Below, one piece after another: positions 31,501 to 45,100 of a stretch of DNA of 64,000 nt. This stretch comes from Octopus sinensis (Eukaryota). The number at the start of each line of letters is the position of its first letter. Position 1 is the first letter of the stretch. The stretch spans positions 70,618,001 through 70,682,000 of the forward strand of contig NC_042999.1 of the NCBI RefSeq assembly GCF_006345805.1, given 5' to 3'. The position numbers and the translations under genes were made by a program. The notes under the pieces were generated by a model that saw only the letters and a program-made list of their open reading frames with translations, had not been told where the DNA came from and made no database searches.

Positions 31501-34500
31501 TTTGTCAGAGTCCTTTGCACCATCATCTGGAAACTGCGAAAGAAACCGGGAGTTGATAACGTGTTTGTAGAAGCCGTGTACAGAGATGCAATGAATTTAG
31601 CATGCAGACAGTATTCTTAGGCCATAACAGAGGAGTTTAAGGCTAACAGGAACTTCCCTGTGCTGATGACCTTGTTCTTATTTCAAAATCAGTGAAAGAA
31701 TTGAAGACATGAAAACAAAATCTGGAAATGAATGGTTTTTAAAGTAAAGTTAGCAAAAAAGTTCTGCTCAGTAGAAAAGAAGTGAAGTAATTGTTTATAA
31801 AAAGTTCAGGAAGCTTTTGTTATTTCTAGTTTCATCATCATCATCATTTAATGGCAGTTTTCCATGCTGGCACAAATTGGACAGTTTGACAGGTGCTGGC
31901 ATGCTGGAGAGCTGCACAAGGCTACAGTCATTTGTTTTGGTGTGGTTTGTATGGTTGGATGCTCCTCATGTTCATCAACAAAGATTTCAATCCTACCTGT
32001 GGTTTTCTAAACCTACGTAAAAAGTATTAGAAGAGGAATCTCTAACTTGTTAAATAAAGTTTACAGAAAATCATCTAGTTCAATCAAACTTTCTCATTAA
32101 ACATGCAATCCAACATAGTTAAACATTTCTTAGGTGTAAAAAACAATTATTTTCAAATAACCTTTGTTATAAGAAATTATTCAATAGAAATAATTTGAAA
32201 CTAAACTATAGTCATACATCAAACAAAAAAATATAATTATAAGAAACCAATCCAAACCAGTTGAAACAAAGATTCATGTTCTCCCTATCAGTTATGCAAT
32301 ATGGAAACAATAATCAATGATGCCAAGGCCATCTTCACAAAACAAAACTTAGATACTGAAAACTAACATACTGGAATGACATGATAAATTCAAATACTGC
32401 TATTTGAATTACACCTCTTCATCCAAAAATATGATGAACTAAATTCTTCAACTATATTTAGAAATTGAAAATATATTGAACTAAATTAAAATTCAAGTGA
32501 GAAATTCTTAAATAGTATGTCATACTCAAGCAGTACAAAACTCCAAAATTTATACCATTCTCAAAAGAATTTCATTCATATGAATGTCAACAAATGCAGA
32601 TATTTCTGGATATTCCTTTGAGCTTCCAAGAAAAACACAAGATCACCAGACTAAGCCATTTAACACACCCCACTAATTGTAAAGACTTAGAGAAACATAG
32701 TTTATTTAAACTTTTTAGGACTTGACAAAATTCAAAACTGAAGTATCTAATTTATGGTAGTTAAGTGACATTAAAGAAACAAAGCGTTATGCTCCCTTTT
32801 GAAGTAGTTTCAAGGAAATGTACTAAGAAAAAGAGAATATATATTTAAGTACAAAGTAAACCTGTCTACTTTTTTATCACACTACCTGAAAATAACAAAG
32901 GCAAGTGAGACATGGTGAGCATATTTACTTACAACTTTTTCTTCCTTTAATAAAACATAAATGAAATGATTAATTGGCCGGAATTCATCATCATCGTTTA
33001 ACGTCCGTTTTCCGTGCTAGCACGGGTTGGACGGTTCGACCGAGGTCTGGGGAGCCAGGGGCTGCCCCAGGCTCCAGTCTGATCTGGCAGTGTTTCTACA
33101 GCTGGATGCCCTTCCTAACGCCAACCACTCCGCGAGTGTAGTGGGTGCTTTTTACGTGCCACCTGCACAGGTGCCAGAGGGGTCTGGCATCGGCCACGTT
33201 CGGATGGTGCTTTTTATGTGCCACCGGCACAGAAGCCATTCGAGGCAGGGTTGGCATCGGTCACGTTTGGATGGTGCTTTTTATGTGCCACCGGCACAAA
33301 AGCCAGTGAAGGCTGCACTGGCAACGGCCACGTTCGGATGGTGCTTTTTATGTGTCACCGGCACAGGTATCACAACTACTGTTTCCATTGATATTTGGTT
33401 TGATGTTCATGTACATGCACTTGACTCAACAGGTCTCCTCAAGCACAGCAAGATGTTCTGGGATCCCATGATCGGTTGCTGCTTTTTATGTGCCACCGGC
33501 ACAGAAGCCAGTCGAGGTGGTGCTGGCGTCGGCCACGCTCGGATGGTGTTTTTTATGTGCCACCGGGACAGAAGCCAGTTGGGGCGGTGCTGGCATCGGC
33601 CACGTTCGGATGGTGCTTTTTATGTGCCACCGGCACAGAAGCCATTCGAGGCAGGGTTGGCATCGGTCATGTTCGGATGGTGCTTTTTATGTGCCACCGG
33701 CACAGGTATCACAACTACTGTTTCCATTGATATTTGGTTCGATGTTCATGTGTCACCGGCACAGAAGCCATTCGAGGCGGGGTTGGCATCGGTTACATTC
33801 GGATGGTGCTTTTTATGTGCCACTGGCACAGAAGCCAGTGGAGGCTGCACTGGCAACGGCCACGTTCGGATGGTGCTTTTTATGTGTCACCGGCACAGGT
33901 ATCACAACTACTGTTACGTTCGGATGGTGCTTTTTATGTGCCACCGGCACAGGTATCACAGCTACTGTTTCCATTGATATTTGGTTCAATGTTCATGTAT
34001 ATGCACTTGACTCAACAGGTCTCCTCAAGCACAGCGAGATGTTCCGGGATCCAAGGTACTTTGGATGTGCAGGGGGTATGCGGAACTGGTGCCGGAAGCA
34101 TCCCGGGTCTTAGTAGTCACAGCACATCTCCAGAGATCTCAGTCCTTCGCCATTGCCTCAGTGAGGCCCAACGCTCTGAGGTCATGCTTGACTACCTCAT
34201 CCCAATTATGCCACAAAAAAGTGTTGGTGAAGGGAGATAAGCAATTACACAAGCCTTTTAAAACTAAATAAATGTTTTTAAGATTGCTTTTCTTCTTATA
34301 TTTTTCTAAAATTTTAACTTTGATGTAGTGTAATGAAAAATGTATGAATATGTTATGTGAGTAACAAATTATGTCCATTTTGCTGAATATTTAGTCTTTC
34401 AAACTTTTGTGTGTTCTGACTTTTACGACATTTAAAATTCAACTTTTTCATGTTCATCCTTCTTTTGTTTGGCTTTATGACCCAAACTGTTATGGGAGAA

Positions 34501-37500
34501 TCCTGAACACCCCACATGACTGAAGGTGGACTAACCGATTACAATAAATAAGAACTGAGTGAACTGTCAGGTGGGGAGTTGACGGAGTTAGTTCGACCGT
34601 GTTGATTTACCATGTTAGTCTGATGTGTATTGGTTCAACAGTCATTAGTTGAACAGTATCGTACCGACCCTCGAGTAGTACAGAGTGCATTCTGTGTTAA
34701 CATATATTTCTGTAATAGGTTATTTTTAGATAACCACAACCAACTGTTTATTTGTGTAATACTATATACACCAGACATGTATACCCACTTCATAACACAA
34801 ACCCATATAATATGCATGTTTTTGCTACAAACAAAAGCTTACTCCATACACGATGTAGAGTTTATATTTATTCAGAGTTAATCGATGATTCACTTTGTTT
34901 TATACAACTTGCACTCAGTCAAGCAACACTGAGATGAATGGGTTGTGTTGACAAAACACTGAAATGGCTGATTCTCATTGCCCTGGCTGCAGCATGTGTC
35001 ACACGATTGCAGATTATATTGTTGCTGTTAATTTGTTCTGCTGTTATATAGGGAAGAACACTCAGATTTGACTGCACCTATCAAGGGTAGCTATCCTGCT
35101 TTGATTTGGACATGTAGATTTTGATGCATATGCAAATCTAGAAACTTCTCCAGATAGATGGAATTTTTCCAGAAGAAATTGTAGACAATGGCAGTAGATG
35201 ATATCTCAGGTCTTTTGTTTAAAAATATCACTGATTATTTCAGGATTTGGAATTTCCCAGTCAGCACCCCCACTACCAGTAGTTGGTTTATTACACCTGT
35301 TAAGATGAATCTTCCAAAACTGACTTTGCAACCTCCCTCAATATGCCAGTTTTTTCAATCAAACCTAATCTATAATATCCAACTCTTTTATAGCATAGGA
35401 TAGCTCTACCTACGATATTATAAGTTATAGAAACCTATTCAGTTCCATGGTCCCTTTGCTTGCAAACAAACTGGTTTAGAATGGTGTAGTTCTTTCCATC
35501 AACTGATCTGAATGAATGTATATTTTAATTACATTGATTCTTAAGGGAATTGAGTTCATTAGAATTTTTCTCAATACTATCAGCTGGTTATATGGTTGCT
35601 CTATATATCACTGCTTTAGAGTCTCTAAGTAGACATTTGTGAGGTTACTGTAGTTATAAATTGGATGTAGGGATAATTTGCTTGATTGGTTATCTTAGGT
35701 TATAAAGTGAAATATGAGGAGTATATTGTGGTCCAGACCACAGTAGCTGACTTTAATATTATTGCTATTAAAAAAATTTATGATATATATATCCTTAGTT
35801 GGAAAGTGGAATCTTATTAGATATAGAAATGTCCTGGTTCTGTTGGTAATTACCCATAAGAATTAACTCAATTGATATCTTACTATACAATCAGTTAATT
35901 TCAATGCTAACAGAATACTGCAAATGGCAGAAAACTATGAGGAGCTGCTGATTTCTAACATATGCATGTGTGCACATACACACACACATGTAAATATTCT
36001 GTGCAGCTGTTCACATGTTGGCATCACAGTTATGTGTAGTTGTTTATATATTATGCTTTGGTTGAGATATAGACAGATTAAAGTTCGATTCTCAGGTGTC
36101 ACGAAGTATGTAATGGTTATGGTTTGAAGTATTCCATGAAATAAATGACAAAAGAAAATAATAGTTGAAATGGCCTTTATTTTACTGTTACAATGTAAAA
36201 GACAACTGCTTCTAGTTGTTGTATAAAGATTAGTTGAAGTGCTACTGTCCATTTCATAGATAGTTGAATTTATCCTTTTTTAATTTCTAGAAGGAAGCAG
36301 GAGAGGGAAAGAGTAGCAGAATTGACCTCTCTGGATTGATGAGGAGAGATGGTGAAAGTTGTAAAGTCGCTTTGTGACATGCCAGAAGTGCTCCTTTCAC
36401 CAGGTGAAAGTAGAATTGAATTTGGGTTCTGTATTTATAATATTTTCCTACTTAAACAAAGGATTTTTTATGTTATCTCATCTGAACTATATTTAACAAA
36501 GAATTTTCAGGAAAAACTATAGAACTGTTGACTCTCATAAATTTCTTAGAGCTAATGCATAAAACAGTAAGAAGGGACTCATAGAAAAATCTTGACTGGG
36601 TTTCGAATCCTGGCTAAGATTCCAGGAAGCAATTTGCTTCATATATATATATATTATATATATATATATATATGCATACACATACATACTAAGTAAAATT
36701 GTGGTTGTCCTTGAATACAGACAAGTCCCCAGTTTCCTTCTTCTACTGAACATTTCTAATTTTGTGGGCTCATGGGTGCTGGTACCATATAAACAGTACC
36801 CATACCTGTGCTACATAAAAGCACACAGTACCCTTTGTAAAGTGGCTGGCATTAGGAATGGCATCCACCCATAGAAACCATGCCAAACCAAACATAGAAC
36901 CTGAGCAGCTCTTCAGCTGGCCAGCCCCTGTTAGACTGTCCAACCCATGCCAGCATGGAAAATGGACATTAAATGATGATGATGAGGATATAAATCATTT
37001 TCGTTTGGAGCTTGCTTGTTTTTTAAAGAAAATAACTTTGATTACTTCTTTGTATCTTTCTACATTCACTAAAATCATTTCCAGATGATGAGACTTTGGA
37101 AATTGTTCCAAAGAAAACATACAGGTATTAGTAAGAAGTAGTAAAAGTCATTTTCAAAAAATAAAAAAAGGAAAACAAAAACTGGGGTACTGTTAAATTT
37201 GTTTTCATTAATGCATATATATATATATATATAACAAAAGAGAGGGTGGTGTTTCCATGCAGGAAAAAATATAGGAAAGTGTGTTGTTGAAAATGCACCT
37301 AAATTTCAAAAACACGTAAATGTTTAAAATACATCTATTTACATATATACCAAACTAGTTTCAACAATATTTTTTGTTTATCAATGGTAAAAGTTTAAAA
37401 TTAGAAAAAACATCTTTAAAAGTTTCAATATTGACAAATTAAAATGTTTCAATGTTGATAAATTAACATGTTCAAAACAGGTGTAAGTTTGAATGTTCGT

Positions 37501-39113
37501 AGCAGTCAATAAAATTAAAACTGTATATCAATTTGTTTGAATGTACAAAGTTCATTAATTTTAGTGATGGCCAACAAGTCATACTGAAAAAAACAAGTGT
37601 GAAATGAAAATAGTAAACAAATGGGAATTCGGTTTACAGTTTTTCTGATCCTCTTCTAAGAGATGCTTTCGCTTGTTGTGGTATGTTTTGGGATCAGATG
37701 AATTTATAATTTTTTTCCGTGAGTGGATCTGATTTTTGATTCATGAAAATTCTGGTGACATTTTTTTCCCATAGTCAAGCTTGTCGTTCTGCTTGGTTAG
37801 TTTCCTTGTGGATACAATCATAAGTCGTTCCAGTTGGTTGGTTCTCTTCCAACGTTTGGAAGCCTGTATTATGCTACTTTCTTGTTACAAAAATGACTCA
37901 TTTCTTAATCAAATTGTAACATGTGATGAGAAATGGATCCAGTACAACAACTGTAAACATTCAGCACATTGGTTGGACAAAGACGAACCACTAAAACACA
38001 GTCCAAAAAGCAAAATTCATCAAAAGAAATTGATGGTGTGTGCTTGGTGGTCTGGCACAGGTGTGATCCATTATGATTTCATTAAACCTGGTTCTTCAAT
38101 TATGGCTGAAGTATACTGCAGCCAACTGGACCAAATGATGCAGAAACTTACAAAAAACAGCCTAGATTAGTCAACAGATCCACTCCTATTTTATTGCAAG
38201 ATAATGCCAAACCACACATTACAAAAATGACATTGGTGAAACTACAGGAGTTGGAAGTTCTCCATCATCCATTATGCTCACCTGATCTTGTCCCTTCTGA
38301 CTACCACTTCTTCCAGAATTTGGATAACTTTTTGATAGGAAAAAAATTTAATTCTGATGATCCTGTAAAACAGGCCTTCTAAGACTTTATTGCCAGGCTT
38401 TTACAGTTCTGAGCAGGACAAGCTGCTGCTGAACTAGTAAAAGTGTATTGACAATATGGGTGCATACTTTGATGAATAAAACTATTCCTTGTATTTGTAA
38501 AACATTAGCAAACTTTTTTTCTATTCTACAAATTTCATACTTAATGACCTAATAGATACACACACACAAGTGTGTTTATATAATAAAAAATAATTTAAAA
38601 CAGATGAATAAGGTTTCAAGTGTTGCTACAATTATTTCATTTGGAGCTTTTATTTTGATGTGAGCATTATACAATTATTTAAATTGCACAATACATTATA
38701 TCACTCTGAAGTTCATCAGGCAACAATGTGAGCAAGTGAACCATGGCTTGTTGAGTAATCCAAAGGAGTATCAACAAGAGTTTGAAAATATATATATATA
38801 TATATACTAAGCAATAAGGGTTTAGCAACGAGTTGCCTTACCACATACCGAATTTAGAAATAGCAGTCAAAGGGTTATAGCTATTTCTTCTACTAAAAAG
38901 GGAGATCTCAGTAAACTCCCTTTTTAGTAGAAGAAATAGCTATAACCCTTTGACTGCTATTTCTAAATTCGGTATGTGGTAAGGCAACTCGTTGCTAAAC
39001 CCTTATTGCTTAGTATTACTTAAATTTTCCTCGAATGAGGCTTTTACATGCCAAAGACTACTTGGTGTAATTGATAATTTTTCCAAATTAATTAATTTCA
39101 CCCTTATTACGGA

Positions 39114-39161
<48 letters not shown>

Positions 39162-42100
39162 CACACCCACCCACATATATATATATATAGATAGATGCAT
39201 GCACACATAAACATGTGTATATATATATAATGTTTATACTAGTTTAGTCAGAATATATCTCATGGGATACAATTATCATTTCAGGTATTAAAACTTGATG
39301 CTGACAATGGCTTTGCCATGGCTCATTTAGGATTTATTATCAAGGTTAGCGATAACAATCCAGCAAAAGCTATTCCATACTTGAAGTCTGGTATTGAAAG
39401 TGGAGATAAGAGTGCAGTTGATGCAAGATTCTACTTTCATCTTGGAGATGCCTACCAGCGTATTGGAGATACAAAAAAGGTAATTAAAATTTCTTTAATT
39501 ATGTTTCTTTATTATTTATGAGACTGCAGCTGTGCCCAGGTGAAATGGACACTACAATATCTGTAGTTTTATCCTAACTTCAGCATTGTTCTGAGTCTAT
39601 TGTTAAAACATTCAAGTCTGACCGGTTTAGTCTACCTAACTGAAAGTTGTTACTTTTTAACTTTGATCAAAGCTTTGCAACAATAAAGTTCTTAAATGTA
39701 TCATCAATGTTTATAAACTTTCATAGTCCCATCTTCAGGATGATGTGACGATAGCAGATATTTCTGCCAGTATATGTATGTATGTTCTTCCCTTTCTCTT
39801 TTGACTAGCCACCTGCTTGGTAGCAAAGTTGTAAATGAAAACATCTTTAATTATCAGCCTTTAAATCTTAAGATCTTACAGATTTTTATTGTCCCAGATA
39901 TCTTGATCATTTGTAGCATATGAATTGAGGATTTGCATTCTCTCCCCATGTGTTGGTATATATCGTGTTGATACAATAATAATAGGTATGAAACTGGAAG
40001 TGTATCTTATTGTACTGGATTTGCAAACTTCTTATCAATGGCTCATAGATGTCCTCTTTCTCTTGTATTTTTCTAACCATGTTGGTGACCTGAAGGCAGC
40101 TGATTTCTTTGTGGACCTACACAACAATATCTGGCTGGTTGTGTTTTAACTTGATGGCTGTTTTAGTTTTAAAGTTCTACCAATATTCTTTTGACCTATT
40201 AATCTCGATATGGTCAACTTTGTGCATGCACATGTGTGTATATAGATTTTGTCTGTGTGTATATGAATGTATAATATTTTTTTATCTACAGGCTAAAGAA
40301 GTTTACGATGATGGAGCTGCCAAAAAGCTATTCCTCTCCAGAGACCAGCGCTCTTTATATAATGTTGAAAGACTTACAGCCAAACCATGGTGGGATCCTG
40401 AAGAATTACCTTATCAAAATGCAATTGAGGTTTGTTAATTTTCAATGTGATTTCATTGCTCATCATATTTTAACTTCCTGAATGATATTCTAAACAGTCA
40501 CCAATATTTTTCCAACATACTCCATAATCTTGCTTATACATATTCACTTGGCCTGCTAGAAATTGCAGTCAAATCTCCCTTAGATCACGTTCTACAGTCT
40601 TAAAAAATGTAATTCTAGATACATGATGTTTAAAAGGAAGACAGAGTGATTGAGGTTGGAATGTCTTTGACTTTAGGTTTGTCGGATCATTGCTAACTTT
40701 GGGCTAATCAACATCAACAATACCACTACCATCCTCATCATGTGAGCCATTGAGAAACTACTAGGAAGTCCTCAACTAGCTAGAAATAATGTCCAAAATC
40801 TCCCTCACATCACACAATAAAGAATGATTAGATAGTGTATTTCTAGATAATTTACATCTGAAAGAAATAGGATGGTCACAATCGGAACACTTTTGATTAG
40901 AAGTTTGGTGATTAGTAAACTCCGTTAAAGACACTCAAGTGAACGTGAAACTAGGTGATGGATTAAGTCCACTATCTGATAACAGATGCAGTCTGCCCAA
41001 AAGTATTTAGGAGTTTCTGTTTACTCAATTTTACTCATTGGGATTAGATCGAGTTAAGGTTCTGAAAGATGTGTATCCAACATATTGTGAAATGGGATCA
41101 AACCTGATCCTACATGAACACTGGTTAAAAATAAGCATTAGCATTGCTAATTAGGGACAAGTATGTAAGTTCATTTTCAGTATGAGCAAATATGAATAAG
41201 ATATTATCAGACAGCAAACAAAGAGTAAAGTAATATTTTAGAAAAAAACAAAGGAAGTTATGTCAACAGTTCAAAATATTATTCCATCATTATTTATGAC
41301 ACGTTTCAAGAATTGAATTTCTGGCACAAATTAACAGGTAGGAATTAAAAAGAAAAATTAGACTTCTCACAACCTATTACATACTTTTCTAATGGTTTTT
41401 AAGAAAACAAAGACCAGAAAGACCTTGTTAATTCAATGCCCAAACAGATATACCTCTGGATTTTTTCTGAGCTGAGTTCATACTGATATCTGTTTTACAA
41501 AACTATTTCTTCATTTTAGATGTGTTTTTAACATAATGTTTTGATTGTTATTCATACTCAGTTAGCTTCAAGTGATTAACTGTGCTAGGTCAGGGATTGA
41601 AGCTAGAAAATTTATTGTACCAACTGATTCGAATATTCAAGATTCATACCATGACCTAGTTCAGAAATAATCACTTGAAGATGTTTGAAGAGAGAACCAG
41701 TTGAAACATCATGTAGATAATATATCCAAAATGAAGAAAATAATACAAAAAAGAAGTCCCAGTCACATGATGTATGTTTTTGTTTTATGTGTTTTTGTTG
41801 TTGTTATTCATTATTTTTGGTAAGTTCTGACATCATCATAGTATCAAATATAAATAAAGAGTATATTGTATATTTAGATTTAAATAAATTGTGAAAGTTA
41901 TCTGTCATATGTCACAAAAATCAATTGGAATGTAACCAGATTATTAAAACATGCAATTTTTTAAAATGAATTATTGCTTTTATATGTTTTCAATATATTA
42001 TTATAAAAGTTTTAATATACTTTAATGCAGGCAATTGGTATAAGAATATTAATGTTTTTGTTGTTTAGCCTGAAGTCAACCATGACTAAACAGACTTATG

Positions 42101-45100
42101 ATCAAAAACATTCCATTTATGTTCGTTCTTTGAATATCTGGCATTACATTGTTTAATATGTGTTTTTCATTTTTAAGACATTACGGTGTGATTTGATGGA
42201 GATTTAGCTGCTATTTCTAGCCAACTGAAATTCCTCAGTTCATAGAATATTAATTATAAGCAGGGCTGTCTATTTTCATATAGATATATACATACTAAGT
42301 TCATCTCATGTAGTTCTTAATAGATATTTACATATGCATACCTTTCCTTCTTGGGACACAAAACTCTACTTGTGAAGACCTGTTGAGGCAAGTGAAACTC
42401 GAAATCGATCAACATCAATGGAAGTTGCAGCTGTGATACCAGTGCCAGTGGTACGTAAGAGAGCCATCCGAACGTGGCCTCGTGCCGGTGGCACATAAAA
42501 AGCACCACCCGATTGTGGCCATTGCCAGCCTCGTCTGGCACCTGTGCCGGTGGCACATAAAAAGCACCCACTACACTCACGGAGTGGTTGGCGTTAGAAA
42601 GGGCATCCAGCCGTAGAAACATTACCAGATCAGACTGGGCCTGGTGCAGCCTTCTGGCTTCCCAGACCCCAGTTGAACCGTCCAACCCATGCTAGCATGG
42701 AAAGCGGACGCTAAACGATGATGATGACATAATAGTACAAAAAACATAAGAGTTGCAGGGCTTAAAAATTTGTTTTTAAAACATTTATTTGTGCGTAGTC
42801 TAACTTAAACCATTTATACATTTTTTCTTCAACTTTTCTATCTTATTAGACTCTCCAAAATAACTGGGAAATGATTCGAGATGAGGTCCTGGAGTATTTT
42901 GGCAGATCTGGTACAGATTTTATTAATGAAGCAGAGAACCTTCTGGATAGAGGAATGTGGAGACAGATGACACTCTACCAAAGAGGTAATCTATAGTGAT
43001 TAATTGGTGGTGGAGGAATTTTTAAGTACCTTATCTTCTGTTCTTAATTCTTTATAACAATTTAATCAAATTTATATGTATTTCTACAAGATTTAATTTT
43101 GTCCTAGGCAGTGGATTGGTAGAATCATTAGAGCCTTCTATGAAATGTCTGCTGTATTTAGTTGCAACCTTTGTGTTCAAAGTCTTTCAAAGTCAACTTT
43201 GCTCTTCATCTTTCCGGTGTTGTTAAAATTAAGCATTAATTTAACACTGGGGTCAATTCTTATAATGCTTCCAAGATGTGAATGGTGTTGTAATAGAAAA
43301 TCTTTTCTTTGTGACCCAGAGTTCTGAGATTTGACCTTGCTATTTCTTCCCACAACTTCAGAAGTTATAGAGGTTGAGGGTATGTGGTGCATGCAGACTT
43401 GATGAGACCCCTTAAGACCCATCCCCCTCAGTAAAAATTAAGTCCAAAAAGCATATCGTTTATGTCTATACTCCTGCACACAATCTATTCCTGTCAAGCT
43501 TTTTCATAACTCCCTTCCTTCTATCACATTTCTAACTACAGCACTATTTACTCAGCTGCTGTAATTGTATGAGAACAGAACTACACACATTTCACTCCTC
43601 CTTCCTTTTCATGCTATTAATTCTCCTAGCCTTTGGAATTACTTCCCTTGCTACCTGTTTTGCATTTTCAGTATCACCCCTTATTCCTTTGTTTCCAACT
43701 GAATAACTTTCCATATCTGCCAGAAATAGTCCCCTTCCACCTTCAGTTGTCATTTACTAAACCACTCCTACATATCTCTAACCTCCACCTCTGTCACTGT
43801 GTATTCCTTTCTCTCCACCTCAACATTATCTCCCTAGTTCTCTCTCTCTCTATGGTTTTATTATACTGTTGCTTTCCCCCAACCTACTCTTATGTACTAC
43901 CATTCATCACCTCCTCATCCTGGATCCACCATTGTCCACACATCTACTTATGTTCACCACTTTCTGTATTCCCTGCTATCTCATCTCAAACCATCTACCA
44001 CTCTCCTTTCACACTTTTGCAAACCTACCCATTCAGCCATCTTCATTTCTTTGTTCTTATTCTCTCTTATATCCACCCTCTTGTACCTAGATGGTATACC
44101 CTGACACCTCATCACTACCGGCGTTTCTCCCTTTTCAGTTCTGGTAGCCATGTATCTCCTCCACTGCAAAACACTCGTTCCTGTTCTTCAATCATACTTT
44201 AGCCTTTCAATACTTTGTATAAAGCCAACAACTCAATACTGCTCCCCAACTCCTTCAAGATGACTTTCTTTGTGATTTACTTGATCTGTCTAACATTGGT
44301 GCCACTAAAAAGCTCTCAGTTCACTATTGGCATTAGGAAGGGTATCATCAAGTGAAAATAAGCATGCCAAAGCATACATTAGAGCTCAATGCAGTCCTCT
44401 GGCTCTTCTCATCCTGTTGAACCATCTGTCCAACCCAATGCCTTCAAAAAACAAGGACTTTAAATGATAATGATGATGATGATGGAAGTATATGTAGTTA
44501 TGTATGTATGATTGTGTATATGTGACTTCCCCCATCCCTCTCTCCAATGTATTTCAATTAGAAATGTAAACATCAGGCAGGATAAAACTGAGAAATTGTT
44601 GCTTTCAAACAAAAATAATGTATGGTATTTATTTTATTCAAATTTCACTGATGCTTTGTCACTCTAGCCATCATGAATGCATAGAAGCAGTGACTGGCTC
44701 ATTATTAATCAGGTCAATGACACTATTGCTCACAAAATATGATGTTCCTTTTTTTAAAATCAGTAAGTGAGCCTCATGGATGAGTTTAATTTAGTATTGA
44801 GACAAGAATGACACACCATACAACAGACCCACCCAACTGATATCATTATGGAAAAACAATAATTATAATAGAGGCATCACCATCATCGTCATCATTTTTT
44901 ATCTTTATTATTTTATTATTATTAAGGTGGTGAGCTAGCAGAATCATTAGCATGTTGGATGAAATGCTGAGTGGCATTTTGTTTGCTCTGAGTTCAAATT
45001 CTGCTGCAGTCAACTTTGCCTTTCAATTCTTTTAAGGTCAGTAAGATAAGTACCAGTCAAGCACTGGTGTTAATCTAACCAACTGGCTCCTTCTTACAAA

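Noticed and set aside
33140-33965. CRISPR array
   Set aside because: Linkers recur (e.g. ATTCGAGGCAGGGTTGGCATC), the context is eukaryotic, there are no cas genes, and the array sits inside a LINE 3' end
33027-34240. 316-aa and overlapping ORFs as a novel repetitive protein
   Set aside because: Antisense read-through of the 67-bp array, open in several frames, with no splice or homology support
31980-35950. Possible Penelope RT/GIY-YIG remnants at ~32000-32830 (+) and ~34950-35950 (-)
   Set aside because: Only faint motif echoes by eye; too degenerate to call without a tBLASTn/HMM search
38690-39745. Minus-strand CUGAUGA (~38715) and CUGAAGA (~39735) hammerhead core matches
   Set aside because: No convincing stem I and stem II with an intact GAAA-UH arrangement; 7-mers of this kind are expected by chance in 64 kb
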